DNA of 34,838 nucleotides from an uncultured Oscillospiraceae bacterium. Its GTDB lineage: Bacteria; Bacillota; Clostridia; Oscillospirales; Oscillospiraceae. The translations under genes were made by a program, and so were the position numbers. The stretch's first letter is position 1, and the number at the start of each line of letters is the position of its first letter. Below, in pieces: positions 8,547 to 16,545 of the stretch. The DNA is taken from NCBI GenBank assembly GCA_905236265.1, contig CAJOOV010000050.1, forward strand, positions 1 to 34,838, read 5' to 3'. The notes under the pieces are model-generated. The model did not search any database and was not told the origin of the DNA. It was given only the letters and a program-made list of their open reading frames with translations.

Positions 8547-9539
8547 ATGGAGGAAATCAGACTGGGAACCATCGGCAGCGGCGCAATCGTCCGCTGCATT
8601 CTGAACAATGTGGTCAAAACGCAGGGCATCACGCTGGAGGCGGTGTACTCCCGCAGCGGGGAAAAGGCGGCGGCGCTGGCAGGGGAGTATGGGTGCGGAA
8701 AGACCTGCACCGATATGGACGCCTTTCTGGCAGACCCGGCGGTGAATACCGTCTATATTGCAACGCCTAACCTCCTCCACTATGAGCAGACGAAAAGGGC
8801 GCTTTTGGCGGGGAAAAACGTGATCTGCGAAAAGCCCTTTACCACAAGGCTGTGTCAGGCGCAGGAGCTGTCCCGGCTTGCCAGAGAGCGCAGGCTGTTT
8901 CTGGCGGAAGCGGCGCCCACAAGCTATCTCCCCAATTTTGCCCTTTTGCGCAGCGCACTGCCCAAAATCGGGAGGATACGGCTGGTGATGAGCAACTACA
9001 GCCAGTATTCCAGCCGGTATGACGCCGTGCTGAGAGGGGAGAAGCCTGCCATCTTTGACCCGGAGTACGCCGGCGGCTGTCTGATGGATATTAACTTCTA
9101 CAATGTGCTGCTCAATGTGCTCCTTTTCGGCAGACCCAAACGGGCGGCGTACTATGCCAACCGGTATCCCGGCCTGTCGGACACCTCCGGCACCATGGTG
9201 ATGGAGTATGACGGCTTTGTCAGCTCCAACACCGGGGCGAAGGACACTTGGGGGGTCAACTTCTTCCAGATCGAGGGAGAGCAGGGCTATCTCTACATTG
9301 AAAACGGGGCAAACGGCATCCAATCTGTGAGATGTGTGACAAAGACGGAGGACAAAACCTGCAACGCCCAGTCCAGCCCTGACCGCTGGTTCTATGAGGT
9401 GCAGGAACTGACCCGGCTGATGGGCAGCGGGGACTATGAGAGCATCTACGCCCGGCTGGACACCACGCTGGCCGTGGTAGAGGTGATGGAAAACGCCCGC
9501 AGGGCGGCGGGGATTCTCTTCCCCGGAGACGAGGGATAA
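8547..9539 (+). CDS. Gfo/Idh/MocA family oxidoreductase
   Basis: IGSGAI Rossmann motif, YIATPNLLH, CEKP, GGCLMDINFY. Confidence 0.92.
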   Translation: MEEIRLGTIGSGAIVRCILNNVVKTQGITLEAVYSRSGEKAAALAGEYGCGKTCTDMDAFLADPAVNTVYIATPNLLHYEQTKRALLAGKNVICEKPFTTRLCQAQELSRLARERRLFLAEAAPTSYLPNFALLRSALPKIGRIRLVMSNYSQYSSRYDAVLRGEKPAIFDPEYAGGCLMDINFYNVLLNVLLFGRPKRAAYYANRYPGLSDTSGTMVMEYDGFVSSNTGAKDTWGVNFFQIEGEQGYLYIENGANGIQSVRCVTKTEDKTCNAQSSPDRWFYEVQELTRLMGSGDYESIYARLDTTLAVVEVMENARRAAGILFPGDEG

Positions 9540-9543
9540 GCAC

Positions 9544-9584
9544 AAAAAGCAGTCTGAGTGGTTGCACCGCTCAGACTGCTTTTC
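9544..9584. terminator. Bidirectional terminator
   Basis: AAAAGCAGTCTGAG…CTCAGACTGCTTTT between convergent genes. Confidence 0.85.
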
Positions 9585-9645
9585 TCTTACATGCTCCCGG
9601 CTGTTCCTGCTGCATCAGGGAGAACCTTTCTTCCCTTGAACCCGG

Positions 9646-11460
9646 TCAGGACTGAAACCATTTCCCGTTCAGCCGTTCCCGCTCCTCCGGTGTCTCGCAG
9701 GGACGGATTGCGTCCCCGCCCCGGATACGAAACAGAATCATCTCCAATGACTCCGGCCTGTGATAATAGTATCCCTGCACCAGCTCGCAGCCGATCTCCC
9801 GGATGAAGTCCAGCTGCTCCTGCGTCTCTACGCCTTCGATCAGGGTATGCAGCTTCAGCGCTCTGGCCAGATGCACCAGATCCCTGAGAATGAGGCGGTT
9901 GGTGCCGCCGTTGTCGTCCAGATGGCGGATCAGCTCCATGTCATATTTAATCAGGTCAAACTGGAACATGCTGAACATATTGAAGGAGGAATAGCCGCTG
10001 CCAAAGTCATCCAGCCAGAGCCGGTAGCCGCTGTCCTTGATTCGCTTCACCTGCCTGCGGCAGCTCTCCGGGTCTGCGGCGATGTCCTGCTCGGTAATCT
10101 CAATAATAAAGTAGCTCTTATCCACGATCTCTCCCACACCGCTGTCCCGGTAGATCTCATCCATCTGCCCTACCACGTCGGTGTGGTCAAAGTCCTGACG
10201 GGAGAAATTGATGGATACCGGGAGCAGGGGGAGGCCGTTGTCCCTGCGCAGCCTGATCTCTTCACACACGTTTTTGAACATGCACAGATCCAGCTTATAC
10301 AGCAAATGATACTTTTGCAGCACCGGGATAAACTCGCCGGGGGAAATGGTGCCCCGCATGGGGTCAACCCACCGGGCCAGCGCCTCAAAGGCGGCGATCT
10401 TCTGGCTCTCCAGACGGTACAGGGCGTGGTAGAAGACCTTGATCCAGCCGTTCTCAATGGCCTTGTCGATATTCTCCACGATATAGCGGCTGCGCCAGTA
10501 GTCCTCGTCCAGCTCACGGGAGAAGAAGCTCACCTGCTGGTTCAGATTGTTGTTGATCCGCTTGAGGGCGTGCCTGCCGTGGTCAATGGCGGAGCCCAGC
10601 TTGTTCAGCTCCACAGGGGAGATACCGCAGCGGATGCCGCTGGTATTCCCCTTTGCGTTTCGCCTGACCCACTCGTTCACCTGCTGCAGGGCATCCTGCA
10701 GCGCTGCGTGGTCATCCACGCCGGTCAGGATGATAAAGTGATCGTCAGCGCCTCTCGTCACCAGAGATTTGGGGAAGTGATCCTTCAGGGCGGTGGAGAT
10801 CAGCCGCAGCAGATTGTCCCCCTCCTCAAAGCCGTACTGGCTGTTATAGGACTGCATGGACTCCACATCGGCATAGACCACCACAGGCTTGTGGCCGGCA
10901 GCACGGATCTGCTCTGCCTTTTCCTCTCCGAACTCGTGGAAATAGTTGATGTTGGGCAGTCCCGTCACGGAGTCCGTATAAAACCGATCCTTCTGAAACA
11001 GACCGTAGGTGTCCATCTTTTCCCGGAAGATTCTTACGGTGGCGGTGAGATTGGCATAACAGATCACGGCAAGCTCTGTGCCGTCAGGCATGGTCTGCCA
11101 GCTTCCCAGCCCGTGTATGAATACATAGTCCCGGTCAGGGAGCATCTGATCGTTTCCGGAGGGGTTATCGGGCTTCGGCGCATTGCTGAGCCTGCACCGG
11201 AACACCACGTCGTAAGGGCCTTTCCTGCGGAGAAACTCATCACTCACCTGAGAGACAAGCCCCACATCGTCCGGGTGCATCCGCTCGAACATACCCCGCC
11301 GGAGCCACGGCAGAACCTCCTCACGGCTCATCCCGGTGTTCCGGCAGAAGCCGTCCGTGGCGAGGACGGGTACAGCCTTCCCGTCAACATTCTGATAATA
11401 GACCATAGACGCAGAGACGCTCTCCAAAGCGGCTCTCAATTCATCCGGGAACGTATACAT
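9646..11460 (-). CDS. PAS-like + degenerate GGDEF + EAL protein, probable c-di-GMP phosphodiesterase
   Basis: MHPDD PAS motif; DSVTGLPN and YNSQYGFEEGD, but the A-site reads GADDHF; EAL domain with FEALARW, DDFGSGYSS, IKYD, EGVET, QGYY. Start ATG 11460 after GAGG. Confidence 0.9.
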   Translation of the reverse strand: MYTFPDELRAALESVSASMVYYQNVDGKAVPVLATDGFCRNTGMSREEVLPWLRRGMFERMHPDDVGLVSQVSDEFLRRKGPYDVVFRCRLSNAPKPDNPSGNDQMLPDRDYVFIHGLGSWQTMPDGTELAVICYANLTATVRIFREKMDTYGLFQKDRFYTDSVTGLPNINYFHEFGEEKAEQIRAAGHKPVVVYADVESMQSYNSQYGFEEGDNLLRLISTALKDHFPKSLVTRGADDHFIILTGVDDHAALQDALQQVNEWVRRNAKGNTSGIRCGISPVELNKLGSAIDHGRHALKRINNNLNQQVSFFSRELDEDYWRSRYIVENIDKAIENGWIKVFYHALYRLESQKIAAFEALARWVDPMRGTISPGEFIPVLQKYHLLYKLDLCMFKNVCEEIRLRRDNGLPLLPVSINFSRQDFDHTDVVGQMDEIYRDSGVGEIVDKSYFIIEITEQDIAADPESCRRQVKRIKDSGYRLWLDDFGSGYSSFNMFSMFQFDLIKYDMELIRHLDDNGGTNRLILRDLVHLARALKLHTLIEGVETQEQLDFIREIGCELVQGYYYHRPESLEMILFRIRGGDAIRPCETPEERERLNGKWFQS

Positions 11461-11567
11461 CTCAAATACCTCACAGCCGTGTCCGGCTTTTCCTGTCATA
11501 ATTCACAGCGCACCGCCTGTCGCAGCCCAGCAGCGCATCAGACGGCGCTGACAGTGCGCTACCGTTT

Positions 11568-11596
11568 ATTGTAACAAAACCAGACCATTCTGTCTA
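11568..11596 (-). promoter_or_regulatory. sigmaA promoter of the EAL gene
   Basis: Minus strand TAGACA-17bp-TACAAT with extended TG. Confidence 0.7.
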
Positions 11597-11649
11597 CCTG
11601 AAATCCCAATCCTTTCCCTCAAAAAAAACCGGAGGAGGGGGAGGCCGTC

Positions 11650-11678
11650 TTGCTTTCCTGGCTGTGCCTGCCTATAAT
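11650..11678 (+). promoter_or_regulatory. sigmaA promoter of the YunG-like gene
   Basis: TTGCTT-17bp-TATAAT. Confidence 0.65.
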
Positions 11679-11726
11679 GGAGCGGAAAGCTGGAACGGTA
11701 CGCACACGACAGAGAGGGAGGACACC

Positions 11727-12173
11727 ATGGCATACGGATTCTATGGCTGGCAGACAGCCGATATAAAAGACGCCCTCGGCCTGACACCGAGGGACTACTA
11801 TGACCTGCTTGCGCAACTCTGGAGCAGAGAGACCTGCGCCCCGAGAATGAGGGCGGACTGGACACCGGAGAACCCCACGCTGGGACAGTGCTCCGTCACC
11901 GCCTTCCTCATGCAGGACATCTACGGGGGCACGGTTCACGGTGTTGCGCTGGGAGACGGGAATTACCACTGTTTTAACGTGGTGGGGGACTTGGTGTTCG
12001 ACCTGACCAGCGAGCAGTTCGGAGACAGGAGGCTGGATTACACCGGCTGTCCTGCGCAGGACAGGGCGGTTCACTTTGCCAAAGCGGAGAAGCGAGAGCG
12101 CTATGAGGCGCTGAAAAGGGCGCTGTATGCCCGAAGGGCTGCCATAGAGGCGGAGTCCACGGAGCGTGGGTAG
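11727..12173 (+). CDS. YunG-like conserved protein
   Basis: WSRETC…W…NPTLGQCSVTAFLMQDIYGG…HCFN…DLTSEQF pattern; ATG 11727 after GGAGG. Confidence 0.75.
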   Translation: MAYGFYGWQTADIKDALGLTPRDYYDLLAQLWSRETCAPRMRADWTPENPTLGQCSVTAFLMQDIYGGTVHGVALGDGNYHCFNVVGDLVFDLTSEQFGDRRLDYTGCPAQDRAVHFAKAEKRERYEALKRALYARRAAIEAESTERG

Positions 12174-12223
12174 CGTCCGGGAGAGATCCGTGGTAGCATG
12201 GGAGGCGGAAGGAGGCGGTTGAA

Positions 12224-12841
12224 ATGAACCGTTATGTGACCGGAAGTGTGATACGAAAGCTGCGGGAGAGCAGAGGCATGACCCAGCAGGCACTGGCAGA
12301 GAGACTCTATGTCAGCAGCAAGGCGGTGAGCAAGTGGGAGACCGGACAGGGCTTCCCGGACATCAGCCTGCTTGAGCCGCTGGCAGGGGCGCTGGGCATC
12401 TCCGTGATTGAGCTGCTGAACGGGGAGGAGATTCAAAACCGGAACCGCTCGTCCAATCTGAAGCGGGGGAAGCTCTATGTCTGTCCGGTCTGCGGCAATG
12501 TGGTTCAGTCCATCGGAGAGGCGGTGATTAGCTGCTGCGGCATCACTCTGCCGCCTTTGGAGCCAGAGGAGGCGGAGGGGGAGCATTCCATCCACGTTGC
12601 GGTGATGGAGGATGAATACTATGTCACCGTTGACCACCCCATGGAAAAGAACCACTATATCTCCTTCCTCGCCGCCGTCTCAGACCAGAGGATACAGCTT
12701 GTGAAGCTGTATCCGGAGGGAAACGCCGAGGCCAGATTCCAGATGAACCGTGTGTCTGCCCTCTATGCCTATTGTAACCGCCACGGGCTTTTCCTTTGGA
12801 AACTGCTTCGGAAAAAGCCCTGTCCCGGCTCACAGGGATGA
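12224..12841 (+). CDS. XRE-family HTH regulator fused to a desulfoferrodoxin (superoxide reductase)-like module
   Basis: N-terminal HTH_3 (MTQQALAERL…VSKWETG…PDI), then CPVCGN…CCG and HPM…HYI…YCNRHG. Confidence 0.88.
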   Translation: MNRYVTGSVIRKLRESRGMTQQALAERLYVSSKAVSKWETGQGFPDISLLEPLAGALGISVIELLNGEEIQNRNRSSNLKRGKLYVCPVCGNVVQSIGEAVISCCGITLPPLEPEEAEGEHSIHVAVMEDEYYVTVDHPMEKNHYISFLAAVSDQRIQLVKLYPEGNAEARFQMNRVSALYAYCNRHGLFLWKLLRKKPCPGSQG

Positions 12842-12881
12842 GCGTCAGGGCAACAGAGACGAATCAACACAGATACAAAGG

Positions 12882-12929
12882 AAAACGTGGGCATTCCCGG
12901 CGTTCTGCGGCGAGAATACCCACGTTTTA
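12882..12929. terminator. Bidirectional terminator-like hairpin
   Basis: AAAACGTGGGcATTC…GAATaCCCACGTTTT between convergent genes. Confidence 0.65.
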
Positions 12930-12934
12930 TATGT

Positions 12935-13612
12935 TTAGCCCTTAGCGTCCCGAACTACATCCCGGTTTTGGTCAGCCAGCCTGACCCAGTGGCGGTAGAG
13001 CAGAAACAGTCCCCGGCTCAACAGTACGGCGCCGATAATATCCGTCGCCCAGTGAACCCCGGAGACCAGCCTTCCCGCAACCATGAACAGGGAGAACAGC
13101 AGCACAAACCATCCCACTGCCTTGCGCAGCCTTGGGCTTTTCACCCTCCGGTCAGATTGCAGCCGCAGCGTTGGCATGACGCTGAGCACCAGCAGCGTTG
13201 TGGAGGAGGGATAGGATGCCTCCAGCACGCCCTCTATAAGCACTGGCCTGTAATTCACGGGAAACAGCTCAAAAAACAGGAAAAACAGAATAACCAGAAG
13301 GTAATACACCCCCAGCAGTATAATGTCCCTGTCCACCCGGAGCAGGCTCCTGCGCTGCACCGCCTGAACAGCGCCCAGAACGCCGAAGGCGGCACAGACG
13401 CCGATGGCCAGCAGCTCCACCCAATCGGTGAGGGTGTAAAGCGCCAGATGCACCCCTGTCAGGTGATGAAACCACATGTTAAACGCTGCAAAGCCAACCT
13501 CTGACCCGTTTGGTCCAGCCGCTTGCACGTCAATGCGGCTGATGAGGATTGTCCACAGTAAAAAAGCCAGCAGGAATCCCACGCCCGCCTTCAAATCTCT
13601 CTTTTCTCCCAT
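12935..13612 (-). CDS. PAP2 family membrane phosphatase
   Basis: Multiple TM helices; NYRP, SYPSS and GRLVSGVHWATDI motifs. Confidence 0.85.
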   Translation of the reverse strand: MGEKRDLKAGVGFLLAFLLWTILISRIDVQAAGPNGSEVGFAAFNMWFHHLTGVHLALYTLTDWVELLAIGVCAAFGVLGAVQAVQRRSLLRVDRDIILLGVYYLLVILFFLFFELFPVNYRPVLIEGVLEASYPSSTTLLVLSVMPTLRLQSDRRVKSPRLRKAVGWFVLLFSLFMVAGRLVSGVHWATDIIGAVLLSRGLFLLYRHWVRLADQNRDVVRDAKG

Positions 13613-13669
13613 ACTTCTCCTGTCCTTTCTGACGGTCTGAGGGGCAGGTCATGTGACCTGCGGCGAAGC

Positions 13670-14116
13670 CTACCTCCTCTTGTAGAGCACCAGCTCCGGC
13701 TCAGAGCCGTCTACACTGTAGCTGCAAATCAGAATAAAACCGGCATCTGCCACAACGCCGTAGCAAATGCCCAGATTTGCAAAGGAAATCTGTGCGCCCA
13801 GATAGATGTTGCTGTCGTTCAGGAGCTTTACCTGCTGCCCGCCGGGCATGGTGTACTCCAGATTCACATATCTGCCTGCAAGCTCATACAGCCGCTCCAC
13901 CCTGTCCAGCTCCAGCGCAGAGAGCAGGTCATTCACCTCGTCGGTGAGCATCTGCCGGAACTGTTCATAGGCGCTGATGCCGCTGCGGCGGATGTACTCC
14001 GCTGCCACACAGCGTCCCCCAAAGGGGGAGCCGCAGCTTGCGACACAGCCGCTGCATTCTTCTCTGGACGGGCAGCTTCCGCAGTCCGCCCCGCAATAGG
14101 TAAGTGTATTGTCCAT
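13670..14116 (-). CDS. Cys-rich DUF3795-like protein
   Basis: YCGADCGSC…CSGC…C pattern at the N-terminus; ATG 14116 after GGGAGG. Confidence 0.65.
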   Translation of the reverse strand: MDNTLTYCGADCGSCPSREECSGCVASCGSPFGGRCVAAEYIRRSGISAYEQFRQMLTDEVNDLLSALELDRVERLYELAGRYVNLEYTMPGGQQVKLLNDSNIYLGAQISFANLGICYGVVADAGFILICSYSVDGSEPELVLYKRR

Positions 14117-14179
14117 GCCTGTGACCTCCCTGTTCCGCTGCCTGCAGAAGGCAGCAGGCATTGACTGTTGTTCGCCCGT

Positions 14180-14208
14180 ATTATAGTGAACGAAGGAGCA
14201 ACCGTCAA
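14180..14208 (-). promoter_or_regulatory. sigmaA promoter of the DUF3795-PAP2 unit
   Basis: Minus strand TTGACG-17bp-TATAAT. Confidence 0.8.
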
Positions 14209-14259
14209 GACCTCAGAAGCATGATCCCTCTGGCGTATCTGTCCTCTCGGAGAGGGATG

Positions 14260-14294
14260 AAAACGAGCAGCCCCATTGCCGGGACTGCTCGTTT
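14260..14294 (-). terminator. Terminator after the YARHG gene
   Basis: Hairpin AAACGAGCAG…CTGCTCGTTT with a short T run on the minus strand. Confidence 0.6.
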
Positions 14295-14308
14295 CCGTTA
14301 CGGATGGT

Positions 14309-16405
14309 TTAGTTTTCCGCAGAGGCGATTGCGCTGAGGTTGGCAACCTCATAGTCGTTCAGATAGCTCAGCACGTTGGCATCGAAGGTGGCGGCATCCA
14401 CCGTTCCCTTGTACCAGCTGCAGCTATTGAAGTAATCCTGCAGGCTCTTGTCGTTGAACTTCCTGCCGTGACGGGCATAGATCTCGTTTCTGGCCAGACG
14501 GAGCTGGGACTTAGAGAGCTTGCTCAGCTCGCTGTCGGTATAGATGTGGGAGTCGCTGTTGGGCAGGATATAGCCGCTGTTGGTCTTGCTGCCGCTGCCG
14601 CTGGTGCTGTCAGTGCTCTTCTTGCCGCCGTCCTTGGAGGAGGAGAGGTAGTCAGAGTAGACATAGCCTGTCACATCGCCCACCTTCACCTTGCTCCAGC
14701 CGTTGGAGGTGGTGCCGGTGCGGGAGACCTTCTGCCCCTTGCTCAGCGTGGTGAGAACCTTGCCGGAGGAGGAGGGCTCGGAGCGGACGTTGACGCCGCT
14801 GACGGCATACACCGTGTCGGAGCTTTCCTGTTCCTTCACATTCTTGTCACTGCTGCCGGAGGCGGAGGAGAGGTAGCTGGTGTAGACATAGCCGGTGCTG
14901 CCGTTGTAGCTCACCTGTGTCCAGCTGCCCTGCGTCTTTCCGGTGGGCGTTACCTTGTCCCCCTTGTTCAGGGTGGCCAGAATATTGCCGTTGGGCACAT
15001 CCCGGAGGTTTACGCCTCCCTTGGTAACGCTGACGGTGCCGTCGCTGCTCTTGTTGCTGCCGCTGTTATCAGAGGCAGTCACCTTGGAGGTGGACAGGTA
15101 ATTGCTGGACACATAGCCGGTCTTGCCGCCGATTTCCACACGGCTCCAGCCGGTGGAGGTGGTGCCGGTGCGCTTTACGGACTGACCTGCGGTGAGTACG
15201 TTGATGACGTTGCTGCCCTGCGTGCCGGGGTAATCCCGAACCCGCACGTCAGAGGTGGCATAGACCGTCTCGTCCGCATCAGAGATGGCAGGCAGCTGTG
15301 CGGGAGCGGCCTCAGGCTGCTGCTGTGCCTCCTGCCGGTTATCGGTGTTCTGCCCCTCAGCGTCACCGCCCTGGGAGGCGGCGTTCTGCGCCTCACCGTT
15401 TTGCGCCTCGGCGTTGTTGGCAGTCTCATCGTTTCCGGTCTCGGCATTGCCGCCCTGCTGGGTCTGCTGATTCTCTGCAGCGAGATCGGGGTCTTCTGCG
15501 TTGATCTCCTCAGCGTCGCCCTGCTCGGCGTCCTCACCGGTCTGGGCAGGCTCCTCCGTCACGATCTCCGTCTCCTCTGTAGGTGCGGGGGTCTGCTCCT
15601 GCGGGGTCTCATCGGGAAGGGTTTCCTCCTGCTGCTGGGCAGTGTTGTCCTTGCTGTCCACAGGCGTGCCGGTGTTGCCGCTGAAAATCATCTTGCCGAA
15701 GGCCACCAGAATGGCGACAATCAGAAGGGCGAGGAAGGCGCACACCGCAACCACGATTCTCCGGGAGGACTTGGTCTTTTCACGGGTGTGCTTGCGCTCG
15801 CTCCACTTCACATCGCCGTTTTTCTTCTCAGCAGCCTTGGCGTCCTTGGGTGCCATGCGGCTGGGGGGAGGCGTTTGGGCCGCCTTTGCCCCGGTCTCCT
15901 GTGCGTTTCTGGCCTTGATTGCATTCTGTGTCGCCTGATAGACCCGCTTTGCGGAGTCGGCGGCGACAACGGTGGTATCCATATCCTGCGCCCGCTGGGC
16001 TGCTTTTTTCCGCTGGCGGCCTCTGGGACGGCGGGACTGGGGAGGGGGAGGAGGCTGTGCGCCGGGGACATTTTCCTTTTTCTCCTTCGTTTCATCGATT
16101 ACGAAGGGAGAATCCACTTCGGCGGCACTCTCTGCCTCTTCCGCCTGCTTTTTCTCCGCCTCTACCGTGGACTGCACGATAGAGGAAATGGTCTTTTGAA
16201 CATCCTCTGCGTAAAGCTCTGTATTCACAGGGGCAGACCCTGTCTCAGCGCCGGGGGCAGGCTGCTGCGGTTCCGGCTGCTCAGGGGCGGGGGAGGGCTC
16301 AACGGAGGGCTCAACGGAAGGCGCTTCATCAAGGGAGCTGCCGCAGATGGAACAAACGTGTACGATGTCGGAATGCTCGACACCACAGACAGGACATTTT
16401 TTCAT
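14309..16405 (-). CDS. Membrane-anchored protein: zinc ribbon, low-complexity linker, TM helix, three SH3b domains, C-terminal YARHG domain
   Basis: CPVCG…CSICG; TM IVVAVCAFLALLIVAILVAFG; three VxxR…W…GYV..YL repeats; RNEIYARHGRKF. ATG 16405 after GGAG. Confidence 0.88.
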   Translation of the reverse strand: MKKCPVCGVEHSDIVHVCSICGSSLDEAPSVEPSVEPSPAPEQPEPQQPAPGAETGSAPVNTELYAEDVQKTISSIVQSTVEAEKKQAEEAESAAEVDSPFVIDETKEKKENVPGAQPPPPPQSRRPRGRQRKKAAQRAQDMDTTVVAADSAKRVYQATQNAIKARNAQETGAKAAQTPPPSRMAPKDAKAAEKKNGDVKWSERKHTREKTKSSRRIVVAVCAFLALLIVAILVAFGKMIFSGNTGTPVDSKDNTAQQQEETLPDETPQEQTPAPTEETEIVTEEPAQTGEDAEQGDAEEINAEDPDLAAENQQTQQGGNAETGNDETANNAEAQNGEAQNAASQGGDAEGQNTDNRQEAQQQPEAAPAQLPAISDADETVYATSDVRVRDYPGTQGSNVINVLTAGQSVKRTGTTSTGWSRVEIGGKTGYVSSNYLSTSKVTASDNSGSNKSSDGTVSVTKGGVNLRDVPNGNILATLNKGDKVTPTGKTQGSWTQVSYNGSTGYVYTSYLSSASGSSDKNVKEQESSDTVYAVSGVNVRSEPSSSGKVLTTLSKGQKVSRTGTTSNGWSKVKVGDVTGYVYSDYLSSSKDGGKKSTDSTSGSGSKTNSGYILPNSDSHIYTDSELSKLSKSQLRLARNEIYARHGRKFNDKSLQDYFNSCSWYKGTVDAATFDANVLSYLNDYEVANLSAIASAEN

Positions 16406-16462
16406 TTTGTTACTCCTATCCAAAAGTAAAGGTTGCATATCATTCTAAAATGATACATAATA

Positions 16463-16491
16463 ATCTTAATCTCATTCCCTATGTTTGTCAA
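16463..16491 (-). promoter_or_regulatory. sigmaA promoter of the YARHG gene
   Basis: Minus strand TTGACA-17bp-TAAGAT. Confidence 0.7.
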
Positions 16492-16545
16492 TTGCGCAGA
16501 CAAATCTTTTATCCTTTTATAAGAAATGCAAGGGAGGTTGTCACA

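Noticed and set aside
11461-11680. Known c-di-GMP riboswitch upstream of the EAL gene
   Set aside because: I could not find the class I or class II consensus features; kept only as an unassigned structured leader.
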